DNA of 64,000 bases from an uncultured Gemmatimonadaceae bacterium (GCA_963761305.1 CAVXGK010000002.1:2816001-2880000), one strand, 5' to 3'; positions 52,044 to 61,502 are shown, counted from the first letter of the stretch. Numbers and translations: made by a program. The notes: generated by a model not told the origin, from the letters alone.

Positions 52044-53545
52044 CGCGGACCATGCATCGCGCCTTCGTGCGCCACGCCGCGGCGATCGTCGCCGCCGGCG
52101 CGTTCGTTTCGCTCGCCGCGCCGCTCGCGGCGCAACAGAAGGCCGTTCAGGCGGGCAACGCGTCGAAGACGACGCTCGATCGGACCAGGATTCCGGCCCC
52201 CGCCAAGCCCGCCGATTTGCGCGTGCCGACGTGGACGAAGACGACGCTCGGCGACGGCGCGGAACTGATCGTCTCCGAAAAGCACGACCTGCCGCTCGTG
52301 TCGTTCACGATCAACTTCGTCGGCGGCGCGGCGCAGTTCGAGCCGGCGGACAAGACGGGACTCGCGTCGATCGTGGCGTCGATGCTCACCGAAGGCACCA
52401 CGCACCGCACCGGCGATCAGATCTCGAACGATCTCCAGTTGCTCGGCACGTTCCTCAACGCCGGCGTGGGGAGCGAGTCGGGCCGCCTCGGCTTCACGTC
52501 GACCACCGACAAGTTCGACAAAGCGCTCGCGATCGCCGCCGACCTGCTCGAGAACCCGACGTTCCCGCAGGAAGCGCTCGACCGCCTCAAGGGGCGGCTC
52601 AACGTGTCGTTGCTCCAGAACCGCGACCGCACCTCGGGAATCGCCAGCGTCGTGTTCACCAAGGTGCTCTACACGACGAGTCATCCGTACGGCACGTCGC
52701 TCACGCCGGCGACGCTCGCGTCGATCACCCGCGACGACGTCGTGTCGTTCTACAAATCGTACTTCCAACCGGGCCGCGCGGTCATCACCGTCGTGGGCGA
52801 CATCACGCCCGCGGCGGCGAAGCAGACCATCGAGCGCGAGCTCGCGGGTTGGCACGCCGGCGGATCGATGCCGACGTTCGCGTATCCGGCGGTAGCGGCG
52901 GCGAAGCCGACGACGATCTACCTCGTCGACAAGCCGGGCGCCGCGCAATCGACGTTCGCCATCGGTGCGCCGGGCCCGGCGCGCGACACGCCCGACTACT
53001 ACGCGCTCCGGGTGATGAACGAGATGCTCGGCGTGCTCTTCCAGTCGCGGCTCAATCACAACATTCGCGAGGTGAAGGGCTACAGCTACGGCGTGTTCTC
53101 GAGCTACGCGTTCGGCAAGGGCCCCGGTGCGTTCCGCGCCGGCGGCGAGATCGTCACGGCGAAATCGGACAGCGCACTCATCGAGTTCATGAAAGAGCTG
53201 CGCGACATCCGCGGTCCGCGTCCACCGACGGACGATGAGCTCGCGCAGGCGAAGGCGAGCTTGGTGCAGAGCCTGCCGGAGAGTTTCTCGTCGGTCGGCG
53301 GAATCAACGGCAGCATCGGGTCCCTCTACGTGCAGGGCCTGCCGGAGAACTATTTCCAGCAGTTCGCGCATGCCGTGAACGCGGTGACGAAGGACGACGT
53401 CGTTCGCGTGGCCAAGCAGTACATCGACCCGGACCACCTGGCGATCGTGATCGTCGGCGATCGCTCGAAGATCGAAGCCCCGCTCGCCGCAACAAGCATC
53501 GCGCCGATCGTGCACCTCGATCTGGACGGGAACCCGCTGCCGTGA
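52040..53545 (+). CDS. M16 peptidase, non-catalytic partner subunit
   Basis: No HxxEH; SRLNHNIREVKGYSYG R/Y motif; ATGA-coupled to the catalytic subunit. Confidence 0.93.
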   Translation: MTRTMHRAFVRHAAAIVAAGAFVSLAAPLAAQQKAVQAGNASKTTLDRTRIPAPAKPADLRVPTWTKTTLGDGAELIVSEKHDLPLVSFTINFVGGAAQFEPADKTGLASIVASMLTEGTTHRTGDQISNDLQLLGTFLNAGVGSESGRLGFTSTTDKFDKALAIAADLLENPTFPQEALDRLKGRLNVSLLQNRDRTSGIASVVFTKVLYTTSHPYGTSLTPATLASITRDDVVSFYKSYFQPGRAVITVVGDITPAAAKQTIERELAGWHAGGSMPTFAYPAVAAAKPTTIYLVDKPGAAQSTFAIGAPGPARDTPDYYALRVMNEMLGVLFQSRLNHNIREVKGYSYGVFSSYAFGKGPGAFRAGGEIVTAKSDSALIEFMKELRDIRGPRPPTDDELAQAKASLVQSLPESFSSVGGINGSIGSLYVQGLPENYFQQFAHAVNAVTKDDVVRVAKQYIDPDHLAIVIVGDRSKIEAPLAATSIAPIVHLDLDGNPLP

Positions 53546-53552
53546 CGCGGGA

Positions 53553-53604
53553 GGACGGGTGGACGGGTGGACGGGTGGACGGATGGACGGATGGACGGAT
53601 GAAC
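53553..53604 (+). repeat. GGACGG(G/A)T tandem repeat, about 6 copies, after a stop codon
   Basis: Same unit family as at 2311, drifting from GGGT to GGAT. Confidence 0.9.
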
Positions 53605-53682
53605 AGCGTGGGTTGCGTCGGGCATCAGGCCCCGTTTAGCTTGCCCGTCCCGCGTTGAACACACACGGAGATTGGTGATTCA

Positions 53683-53784
53683 ATGAGCACTCAGTTCAGC
53701 CCGATGACCGTTGCCGGTCTGGCCGCCCTCCGAGGCGTCCCGACGGGCTATGGCATCGTCCCCGGCCCCGCTCTCAATCACTGA
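53683..53784 (+). CDS. Putative 33-aa leader peptide (uORF) of the MATE gene
   Basis: GGAG upstream; MSTQFSPMTVAGLAALRGVPTGYGIVPGPALNH*; followed by a terminator-like hairpin. Confidence 0.5.
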   Translation: MSTQFSPMTVAGLAALRGVPTGYGIVPGPALNH

Positions 53785-53811
53785 TCGCGCATCAAGGCTC
53801 GAGTAGTCACG

Positions 53812-53848
53812 AGGGCGGCGCCGCGATCGGTGCCGCCCTTTCGATTTT
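53812..53848 (+). terminator. Terminator-like hairpin between the uORF and MATE
   Basis: AGGGCGGCGCCG-CGAT-CGGTGCCGCCCT followed by TTCGATTTT (12-bp stem with one G-U pair). Confidence 0.7.
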
Positions 53849-53922
53849 CATCACACTCGATCGCTCGGCGTTCGCCGCCACGCCACGATCGCTTCGAACC
53901 CGGAGTTCCCTTGAGTACGTCG

Positions 53923-55368
53923 ATGTCTGATTCAACCGAATCCATGGCGATCCCTTCCGCGGCGGCGGATGGGCCAGCCGCGCCGCTGTCGCTACGGGCG
54001 GCCGTTCGCGAAGCCCTGCGCGGCACGCATCGCGACTACACCGAAGGCGCCGTCGCCCAGGCGATCCTCATCCTCGCCATTCCGATGGTGCTGGAGATGA
54101 TCATGGAGAGCGTGTTCGCGGTCTGCGACGTGTTCTTCGTCTCCAAGCTCGGGGCAAGTGCCATCGCGACCGTCGGTCTCACCGAATCCTGGATCGCGAT
54201 CGTGTTCGCGCTCGCCATGGGTCTGGCGATCGCGACCTCGGCGACGGTCGCGCGTCGAACGGGAGAGCGCGATCGCGAGGGCGCAGCGCGCGCCGCGACG
54301 CAGGGAATTCTCCTGGCACTCGCACTGTCGCTCGTGCTCGGCGTGTTCGGCGGCATTTTCGCGCCGCAGGCGCTGCGCGTGATGGGCGCGTCGCCCGACG
54401 TCGTCGCACAGGGCACGGGTTACGCCCGCGTCATGCTCGGCGGCAACGCGACGATCGTCATGCTCTTTCTCATCAACGCCGTCTTCCGCGGTGCGGGAGA
54501 CGCGGCGATCGCGATGCGCGTGCTGTGGCTCGCCAATGCGATCAACATCGTGCTGGGACCTTGTTTGATCTTCGGCCTCGGCCCGTTTCCCCGGCTTGGC
54601 GTGACCGGGGCGGCTGTCGCCACGAACATCGGCCGAGGCACCGGCGCGCTGTTCGCGCTGTGGAGTCTCTTGAAGCCTGGATCGCGCGTCGACATCCACG
54701 CGCGCCATCTCAAGATCGAACCGGCATTGATCGGCAAGCTGCTCCAGCTCGCGTGGTCGGCGGCGCTGCAGTTTCTGATCGGGATGGGCAGTTGGATCGC
54801 GTTGGTGCGAATCCTGTCGAGCTTCGGCAGCGACACGCTGGCCGGATACACGATCGGCATTCGCGTCATCATGTTCACGCTGCTTCCGTCGTCCGGCGTC
54901 GCCAACGCCGCCGCGACGATGGTCGGGCAGGCACTCGGCGCGCGGAAGCCCGAGCGGGCCGAGGCCGCGGTGAAGATCGCGGGGAAGTACAACATGATCG
55001 TGCTCACGGCGATCGGCGTCCTGCTCGCGTTCGGGGCTCCACTGATCGCTCGGCTGTTCTCGTCCGACCCGAACGTCGCGTCGGTGGCGACGAATCTGCT
55101 GCGACTCGTCGCGTGCGGCTTCCCGTTCTATGGGTGGGGCATGGTGTACTCGCAGTCGTTCAACGGCGCCGGCGACACGCGCACGCCGACGTTGCTGAAC
55201 CTGGCGGTGTTCTGGTGCTGGGAGATTCCGTTGGCCTACGTGCTGGCGGTGCCGCTCCGCATGGGGCCATTCGGCGTCTTTCTCGCGCTGGCGATCGCGT
55301 TCTCGACGTACGCGGTGGCCGGAAGTTGGGCGTTCAAGCGTGGAACCTGGAAGCGCCGTCACGTCTGA
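53923..55368 (+). CDS. MATE family efflux transporter
   Basis: LAIPMVLEMIMESVFAVCD, FRGAGDA, NAAATMVGQALGA, FNGAGDTRTP; about 12 TM helices; exact start uncertain. Confidence 0.95.
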   Translation: MSDSTESMAIPSAAADGPAAPLSLRAAVREALRGTHRDYTEGAVAQAILILAIPMVLEMIMESVFAVCDVFFVSKLGASAIATVGLTESWIAIVFALAMGLAIATSATVARRTGERDREGAARAATQGILLALALSLVLGVFGGIFAPQALRVMGASPDVVAQGTGYARVMLGGNATIVMLFLINAVFRGAGDAAIAMRVLWLANAINIVLGPCLIFGLGPFPRLGVTGAAVATNIGRGTGALFALWSLLKPGSRVDIHARHLKIEPALIGKLLQLAWSAALQFLIGMGSWIALVRILSSFGSDTLAGYTIGIRVIMFTLLPSSGVANAAATMVGQALGARKPERAEAAVKIAGKYNMIVLTAIGVLLAFGAPLIARLFSSDPNVASVATNLLRLVACGFPFYGWGMVYSQSFNGAGDTRTPTLLNLAVFWCWEIPLAYVLAVPLRMGPFGVFLALAIAFSTYAVAGSWAFKRGTWKRRHV

Positions 55369-55419
55369 CTTCTCGCGGCCGGCGATTTCGAGCGCGTCGA
55401 AGGCGGCTTCTCTGACCTG

Positions 55420-55617
55420 TCAGAGGAGCCGTTTTCGTTTCTTTCTTCTCCGCCCTTTCGACGACGGCCGCTTGGGTCGATCCGCGCCGATCACGGCGTC
55501 GAGCGCGAGCTCGGCCGTATGCCGAGACGCCGTCCACCGCACGCGTCCTCGCTTCTCGCTCCTGATCTCTCGCAGCCGCTTCTCGACTTCTTCGATGTCG
55601 TCCGGCTCACTCGCCAT
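55420..55617 (-). CDS. Small hypothetical protein with basic C-terminus (65 aa)
   Basis: Strong GGAGG before the ATG; MASEPDDIEEVEKRLREIRSEKRG...KGRRRKKRKRLL. Confidence 0.45.
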   Translation of the reverse strand: MASEPDDIEEVEKRLREIRSEKRGRVRWTASRHTAELALDAVIGADRPKRPSSKGRRRKKRKRLL

Positions 55618-55665
55618 TGAATCCTCCCCGTTCTCTTCCCATACCCGCATATTCCACTCGCCGTC

Positions 55666-55738
55666 TTTCGGCGTTCGTCACTTTCGCACTTCGTTACCCT
55701 CGCCCGTCGTCACCTTCGCAGTTCGTCACTTTCGCCGT
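55666..55738. repeat. Degenerate TTCGTCAC/TTTCGCA tandem repeats upstream of the aminotransferase
   Basis: TTCGTCACTTTCGC occurs twice exactly, with variants TTCGTTACCCTCGC and GTCGTCACCTTCGC at a 16-nt period. Confidence 0.65.
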
Positions 55739-55746
55739 CCGGTGTT

Positions 55747-57084
55747 ATGACTCTCGCCTCTCCGCTGGTTTCCGCCCCGCCGTCGCTCGACGAGCTCTGG
55801 CTTCCCTTCACCGCGAACCGCACCTTCAAGCGCGCGCCTCGTATGCTCGTCGCCGCGAACGGTATGTACTACACCGCGGCCGATGGTCGGCAAATTCTCG
55901 ATGGCACCGCCGGCCTCTGGTGCGTGAACGCCGGCCATTGCCGCGAGTCCATCACGGCGGCCATTCGCGAACAAGCGGGGGTGATGGACTACGCTCCGCC
56001 GTTCCAGATGGCCCACCCGCTCGCCTTCGAGCTCGCGCAGCAGTTGGCGCACATGCTCCCCGGCGATCTCGATCACGTGTTTTTCACCAACTCGGGCTCG
56101 GAAGCGGTCGACACGGCACTCAAGATCGCGCTCGCCTATTGGCAGGCCAAGGGTGAACCCGAGCGCGTGCGCTTCGTCGGTCGTGCGCGCGGCTACCATG
56201 GCGTGGGTTTCGGCGGTACGGCCGTCGGCGGCATCGAGCCGAATCGCCGCCAGTTCGCCGCGCAGTTGCCCGCCGCCGTCGATCATCTTCCGCACACGCA
56301 CGATCTCGCCGCCAACGCGTTCACGCGGGGACAGCCGCGCAGCGGCGCCCAACTGGCCGACGCGCTCGAGGACCTCGTGCGCACGCGCGGTGCGCACACC
56401 ATCGCCGCCGTGATCGTGGAACCCGTCGCCGGTTCGACCGGTGTGCTCGTTCCGCCGGTCGGCTATCTCGAGCGTCTGCGCGAGATCTGCGACGCGCATG
56501 GGATCTTACTCATCTTCGACGAGGTGATCACGGGCTTCGGCCGACTCGGCTCGGCGTTCGGCGCCACCAAGTTCGGCGTGACGCCCGACATGATGACGCT
56601 CGCGAAAGGCATCACCAACGCCGCGGTACCGATGGGCGCCGTGTGTCTGCGGCGCGGCATCTATGACGCGATCGTCGAGAACGCCCCGGCGGGCATCGAG
56701 CTGTTTCACGGATACACGTACTCTGGCCATCCGCTGGCCGCCGCCGCGGGCTTGGCGACGCTCGATCTCTACGCGTCGGAAGGGTTGTTCGATCGCGCGG
56801 AGTCGCTGGAGCCGGTGGTGGCCGACGCGGTGCATTCGCTTCGTGGCTCGCCGCACGTGATCGATCTCCGCAGCATCGGCGTAGTGGGCGGCATCGAGCT
56901 CGAGCCGCGTCCCGGCGCACCGGGCGCGCGAGGATTCGAGACGTTCCTCAAGTGCTTCGAGGCCGGCGTGCTCGTTCGGTCGACCGGCGACACGATCGCG
57001 CTGTCGCCGCCGCTCATCGTCGAGCCGGGTCAGGTTGCGCAGATGATCGACACAGTGCGCACGGCGCTTCGCTCAGTCGCCTGA
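55747..57084 (+). CDS. Class III omega-amino acid:pyruvate aminotransferase (beta-alanine/taurine type)
   Basis: WLPFTANR, DGTAGLWCVNAGH, DYAPPFQMAHP, NSGSEAVDTALK, FDEVITGFGR, AKGIT, ELFHGYTYSGHP. Confidence 0.93.
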   Translation: MTLASPLVSAPPSLDELWLPFTANRTFKRAPRMLVAANGMYYTAADGRQILDGTAGLWCVNAGHCRESITAAIREQAGVMDYAPPFQMAHPLAFELAQQLAHMLPGDLDHVFFTNSGSEAVDTALKIALAYWQAKGEPERVRFVGRARGYHGVGFGGTAVGGIEPNRRQFAAQLPAAVDHLPHTHDLAANAFTRGQPRSGAQLADALEDLVRTRGAHTIAAVIVEPVAGSTGVLVPPVGYLERLREICDAHGILLIFDEVITGFGRLGSAFGATKFGVTPDMMTLAKGITNAAVPMGAVCLRRGIYDAIVENAPAGIELFHGYTYSGHPLAAAAGLATLDLYASEGLFDRAESLEPVVADAVHSLRGSPHVIDLRSIGVVGGIELEPRPGAPGARGFETFLKCFEAGVLVRSTGDTIALSPPLIVEPGQVAQMIDTVRTALRSVA

Positions 57085-57092
57085 CGACACGC

Positions 57093-58070
57093 ATGCGTTT
57101 CGCGGAGGGGCCGGTCGTCTCGCGACTGCTCGCGATCGCCGTGGCGGCGGTCGCGAGCGGCGCTCTCGCCGCGTGCACGATTCAGGAAGCTGGACGTCCC
57201 GACTCGACGGCCACCGCCGCGCAGCGCACGGCGACGCGTGCCTACAATCCCGAGACCTGGCAGCCGCCGGTCGTCGACAGCACGCCCGACGATGCGCTCG
57301 CGGCGTCGGTGTACCGCGGGTTGGCACTCGTCACCCACACGCGCGACAGCCTGCGCGCGTTCGTCGGCGGGAATCTCGTCTGCACGAGCTGTCACCTCGA
57401 CGAAGGGCGACGCCCCAACGCGGCGCCGCTCGTGGGCGTCATGGCGCGGTTCCCGCGATTCATCGACCGCGCCGGCGCCGTCGTGCCGATCGAGGACCGC
57501 ATCAACTATTGCTTCACGCGGAGCCTCTCGGGATCCAAGCTCCCGTCCGACAGCCGCGAGATGCAGGACATCGTCGCCTATCTGGCGTACATCTCCAAAG
57601 GCGTGCCAACGGGCGAGCATGTACGCGGCGAAGGCTTCGCGACGATGCCCAAGCTCATCGGCGACGCCGGCCCTGGGAAAAAGCTCTACACCGACAACTG
57701 CGCCCGCTGTCATGGAAACGACGGCGCGGGCATCGGCCCCGTTCCGGCGCTGTGGGGGCCGAAGTCGTTCAGCATCGGCGCGTCGATGGCGCGCACCGAG
57801 CGGGCCGCGTCTTTCATCCGGCACAACATGCCGTTCGACAAACCCGGCTCGCTCACCAACCAGCAGTCGTTCGACATCGCCGCGTACGTCACGTCGATGC
57901 CCCGCCCCGACCAGCCGGGGAAGGAAGCCGACTGGCCGACCGGCGGCGCGCCGCCCGACGTCCCCTACGACACGAGAGGACACAAGGCCTTCCACCCGCC
58001 CAAAGTGCTCCCGCGCGCGAACCCGGCGCTGGCCGTCGTCGGCGTGCCGTCGTCGGTCATTCACAAGTAG
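57093..58070 (+). CDS. tsdA: Diheme cytochrome c, thiosulfate dehydrogenase TsdA-like lipoprotein
   Basis: LAAC lipobox; CTSCH and CARCH; DRINYCFTRS Cys-ligand motif; PALWG..SFSIGASMAR; NMP. Confidence 0.8.
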   Translation: MRFAEGPVVSRLLAIAVAAVASGALAACTIQEAGRPDSTATAAQRTATRAYNPETWQPPVVDSTPDDALAASVYRGLALVTHTRDSLRAFVGGNLVCTSCHLDEGRRPNAAPLVGVMARFPRFIDRAGAVVPIEDRINYCFTRSLSGSKLPSDSREMQDIVAYLAYISKGVPTGEHVRGEGFATMPKLIGDAGPGKKLYTDNCARCHGNDGAGIGPVPALWGPKSFSIGASMARTERAASFIRHNMPFDKPGSLTNQQSFDIAAYVTSMPRPDQPGKEADWPTGGAPPDVPYDTRGHKAFHPPKVLPRANPALAVVGVPSSVIHK

Positions 58071-58086
58071 TCATTCCAGGAGTGAA

Positions 58087-59355
58087 ATGAGCCCTCCCCA
58101 ACGCCCGATCAGCCGTCGGTCGATGATCGCGGGCACCGCCGCCGCGGCCGGCAGCGCGTTGGTGGCCAAGCTCCCTGTCCCGGCGGCCGAGGCGCAGCAG
58201 GCCGCCGCGGCGCCGGCGCCGCCGATTCCTCCCGCGGTCGGCGATCCCACCAAGGCACCCGGTGCGCCGACCACGGCCGTCGGCGGGCGCTCGCCGTTCG
58301 TTCAGCCCAAACGCGCTCCGGTGGGCGACATCGCCGGCACGACGCTCACGCCGCTGCAGGATTTCGCCGGCACCATCACGCCGGCCGACCTGCACTTCGC
58401 GCGCATCCATTCCGGCATCCCCACGATCGACCCGGCAACGCACACGCTCCTCATCCACGGCCTCGTCGATCGTCCGATGACCTTCACCGTCGAGGATATC
58501 AAGCGTTTTCCGGCGGTCACGCAGATTCATTTCATCGAGTGCTCGGGCAACGGACGCGCCGCGTACCGAGCGCCACGTCCCGACATGACGCCGCAGCAAG
58601 TCGATGGCATGACCAGCCAGAGCGAATGGACCGGCGTTCCGCTGTCGCTTCTCTTGCGCGAGACCGGCGTGCAGCGCGACGCCAAATGGTTCCTCGCCGA
58701 GGGAGGCGATTCGTGTCTCCTCGCGCGCAGCATTCCGGTCGCCAAGGCGTTCGACGACGCGCTCATCGCGTGGGCGCAGAACGGCGAACCGCTGCGACCC
58801 GAGCAAGGCTTCCCGATCCGGCTGCTGCTCCCCGGCTTCGAGGGCAACACGAACGTGAAGTGGCTGCGCCGCCTCAAATTCGGCACCGAGCCATTCATGA
58901 CGCGGTGGGAGACGTCGAAGTACACCGATCCGCTCCCCGGCGGCAAAGCACGCCAGTTCAGCCTCGAGATGGACGCGAAGTCGATCATCACGAGCCCCAC
59001 GTATCCCGAACGACTCGCGTCGCCCGGGTGGTGGCCCATTCGCGGGCTCGCCTGGAGCGGTCGCGGCCGCATCACCCGCGTCGACGTGAGCACCGACGGC
59101 GGAGGAACATGGCACGCGGCGTCGCTCCGTACGCCGTCGCTCGTGAAAGCGCACGTGCGGTTCGAGCTGCCGTGGCACTGGACCGGCGATCCGAGTTTTC
59201 TCATGAGCCGCGCCGTCGACGACACGGGCTACGTGCAGCCGACGTTCGCCGAGCTTCGATCGGCGCGCGGGCCGGCGACCGAGTACCACTTCAACTGCAT
59301 TCGCGGCTGGCGCGTCGCGCGCGACGGCTCGGTGACGTTCGAGGCCAACACGTGA
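58087..59355 (+). CDS. soxC: Sulfite oxidase-family molybdoprotein SoxC/SorA-like with Tat signal
   Basis: SRRSMI Tat motif; TPLQD..GTITP, FIECSGNG, AQNGEPLRPEQGFPIRL, PGFEGNTNVKWLRR, ETSKYTD, GLAWSGRG. Confidence 0.92.
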   Translation: MSPPQRPISRRSMIAGTAAAAGSALVAKLPVPAAEAQQAAAAPAPPIPPAVGDPTKAPGAPTTAVGGRSPFVQPKRAPVGDIAGTTLTPLQDFAGTITPADLHFARIHSGIPTIDPATHTLLIHGLVDRPMTFTVEDIKRFPAVTQIHFIECSGNGRAAYRAPRPDMTPQQVDGMTSQSEWTGVPLSLLLRETGVQRDAKWFLAEGGDSCLLARSIPVAKAFDDALIAWAQNGEPLRPEQGFPIRLLLPGFEGNTNVKWLRRLKFGTEPFMTRWETSKYTDPLPGGKARQFSLEMDAKSIITSPTYPERLASPGWWPIRGLAWSGRGRITRVDVSTDGGGTWHAASLRTPSLVKAHVRFELPWHWTGDPSFLMSRAVDDTGYVQPTFAELRSARGPATEYHFNCIRGWRVARDGSVTFEANT

Positions 59356-59954
59356 ACCGCGGCCTCATCTGCGCGGTGACTGCGATGGCCGTCGTCGCGT
59401 GCGCGCCACAGTCGCAACGATCGCGCGACCCATCCATCGCCGACGGTTTGCCCGCCAACCTCGGTCTCGGACGCACCGCGACCCCCGCCGAGATTGCCGC
59501 GCGTAACGTCGAGATCGGCCCCGATGGCGCGGGTCTCCCCGCCGGGTCTGGAACGCCGGAGCAGGGCAGAGCCGTGTTCCTTATGAACTGCGCGACGTGC
59601 CACGGCAACGACGGTGAAGGCCGGCCACCGCTCTACCCGCAAATACTCGGCGGTCCGCGCGGGTCGTTCAATTTCGCGAACGACCCGAAGATGACGCGCA
59701 CCATCGGCAACTACTGGCCGTACGCGACGACCGTCTTCGACTACGTCCGGCGCGCGATGCCGTTCGGCGCGCCGCGCTCATTGACCGACGATCAGTACTA
59801 CGCCGTCACCGCGTACCTCCTCGAGCGCGAAGGAATCATCGCGCCCGGCACCGTCGTCGACGCGAAATCACTTCCGGCCGTGCAGATGCCGGCGCGCGCC
59901 CATTTCGTGCTCGACGATCGCGCCGGCACCACCGGCGGACGGAACGCCCGGTAG
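59352..59954 (+). CDS. soxD: Monoheme cytochrome c, SoxD-like lipoprotein
   Basis: VVAC lipobox; LGRTATPAEIA, PDGAGLPAGSG, CATCH, TIGNYWPYATTVFDYVRRAMP; GTGA overlap with soxC. Confidence 0.88.
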   Translation: MNRGLICAVTAMAVVACAPQSQRSRDPSIADGLPANLGLGRTATPAEIAARNVEIGPDGAGLPAGSGTPEQGRAVFLMNCATCHGNDGEGRPPLYPQILGGPRGSFNFANDPKMTRTIGNYWPYATTVFDYVRRAMPFGAPRSLTDDQYYAVTAYLLEREGIIAPGTVVDAKSLPAVQMPARAHFVLDDRAGTTGGRNAR

Positions 59955-59979
59955 CTCCCTCTTTCGGGGCGATTCGTGA

Positions 59980-60229
59980 AACTGCTCGACGCAGAGACGC
60001 GGAGAAACCGCTGAGGACATGCCGAGTCCGTCGCGCAACGAGCCGGGATTTTTGGGGGAACAGCCGCTCGGGATGCATCGCGATGCGTGGTACCTTCGCC
60101 GATGCGTCGAAGCATCCCGAGCGGCTGTTCACAAAAACATCCCGGCTCGTTGCGCGACAGAGCCGGCTTCAGCGGCAGTTCTCTGCGTGTCTTGCGCCCT
60201 CTGCGCCTCTGCGTCGAGCTGTTGCAGTT
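59980..60229. repeat. Long palindromic intergenic element, copy 3 of 3
   Basis: CTCGACGCAGAGACGCGGAG ... CGAGCCGGGATTTTT..AACAGCCGCTCGGGATGC / GCATCCCGAGCGGCTGTT..AAAAACATCCCGGCTCG ... CTCTGCGCCTCTGCGTCGAG. Confidence 0.92.
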
Positions 60230-60243
60230 CCCGAGAGCGGGCG

Positions 60244-61413
60244 CTATTTGCCGGCCAGGTGCTTGGCGAAGAACGCCCACGTGCGATTCCACGAATCGAT
60301 CTGCTCCGGTGAATCATCGCGCTCGAGCGTCTGCTCGTTCACGCGCCGGCTGAACGTGTGCCCGCAGCCGTGCGGACCTTCCGGAGGATTCACGTAGATC
60401 TTCGTCTCGGCGAGATCGGGCTTGAGCGCACGCAGCGTATAGACCATCTGCTGGTCTTCGCGGAAGAACACGTCGCAGTCGTTCGTCGCGACGTGGACGA
60501 GCATCGGGACTTTGAGGTTGTCGGCGTGGAAGACCGGCGACCGTTTGAGATACTCGTCGATGCAATCGTGATCGTGATTCGGTCCGCAGTTCTGTTCCCA
60601 GGGAAGCCCCTGAATTCCCGTCTCCGCCGCGTAGTCGCGAGCGTAGCCGGGCCCGTGGTCCATCAGGCGGAAGACGAGGTTCGTCACCGGCACGATCGCC
60701 GCACCCGCCTTGAACGGATTGTCGTCGCGGAAGAGAATGTGTGACGTGATGAAGCCGCCGTGGCTCCAGCCCATGATCCCCAGCTTGGTGTTGTCCACGT
60801 ACGGCAGCGTCGCGAGATAGTCGACCGACGACAGCACGTCGTCGACCTCCTTACCGCCGTAGTCGATCTTCTTCATCCACTCGTCGCCGTAGCCGGTGCT
60901 GCCGCGGTAGTCGGGCGTGAGGATCACGTAGCCGCGCTTGACCGCCTCGACGATGAACGGATAGAGCGCCGTGTCCCAATCGCCGTGCACGCCGCCGTGG
61001 ACCCACACCAGTGCGACGTGCTTCGCCGTCCCGTGGTTGATCGGCGAGAAGAGGTACGCCGGAATCTCGAGCCCGTCGGCGCGGCTCTTGTACTTGATCT
61101 TCTGAAATTCGTAGTTGCCGGCCGCCTTCGCCGCGTAGACGCTGTCCGTGAGGTGCTTGTTCTGGATGTCGCGCTCGCAGATCTGCGGCGAGCACCCGCG
61201 AAGATCCTTCGGGTCCTTGCTCACGTAGAGATCCCGCTCGCGCGTCGAGTCGAGGGTGCCGCGCCACGGCGACGCCGGGCCGGCACGATGCGGGTCCCGC
61301 GCGGCGCGTCCTCCGCCGCGTCCTTGTTGGCGGACCCCCGACGTGTCCTGGGCGGCGAGCGGCCGCGCGACGAGCGGCGCGGCGATGAGTGCGACAAGAA
61401 CGAGACGTCTCAT
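60244..61413 (-). CDS. Exported S9 (prolyl oligopeptidase family) serine hydrolase
   Basis: Signal ending LAA-Q; VWVHGG, DYRGSTGYG, GWSHGG, NDCDV, GHTF. Confidence 0.92.
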   Translation of the reverse strand: MRRLVLVALIAAPLVARPLAAQDTSGVRQQGRGGGRAARDPHRAGPASPWRGTLDSTRERDLYVSKDPKDLRGCSPQICERDIQNKHLTDSVYAAKAAGNYEFQKIKYKSRADGLEIPAYLFSPINHGTAKHVALVWVHGGVHGDWDTALYPFIVEAVKRGYVILTPDYRGSTGYGDEWMKKIDYGGKEVDDVLSSVDYLATLPYVDNTKLGIMGWSHGGFITSHILFRDDNPFKAGAAIVPVTNLVFRLMDHGPGYARDYAAETGIQGLPWEQNCGPNHDHDCIDEYLKRSPVFHADNLKVPMLVHVATNDCDVFFREDQQMVYTLRALKPDLAETKIYVNPPEGPHGCGHTFSRRVNEQTLERDDSPEQIDSWNRTWAFFAKHLAGK

Positions 61414-61502
61414 GCGACCCTCGGCCAAGCTGTTGACTGGCGACTGGTGCCCGACGACGACTCGTCGTCGGCCCGACGAATCTACGCGCGGGCCTTTCGC
61501 CC

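Noticed and set aside
55334..55422. Stop-codon readthrough or selenocysteine at the TGA of the small ORF
   Set aside because: No SECIS-like hairpin or redox motif, and the continuation runs antisense into MATE.
57238..59355. 705-aa SoxC fusion
   Set aside because: The extension is a shadow frame over tsdA; the Tat-signal start at 58087 has an AGGAG RBS.
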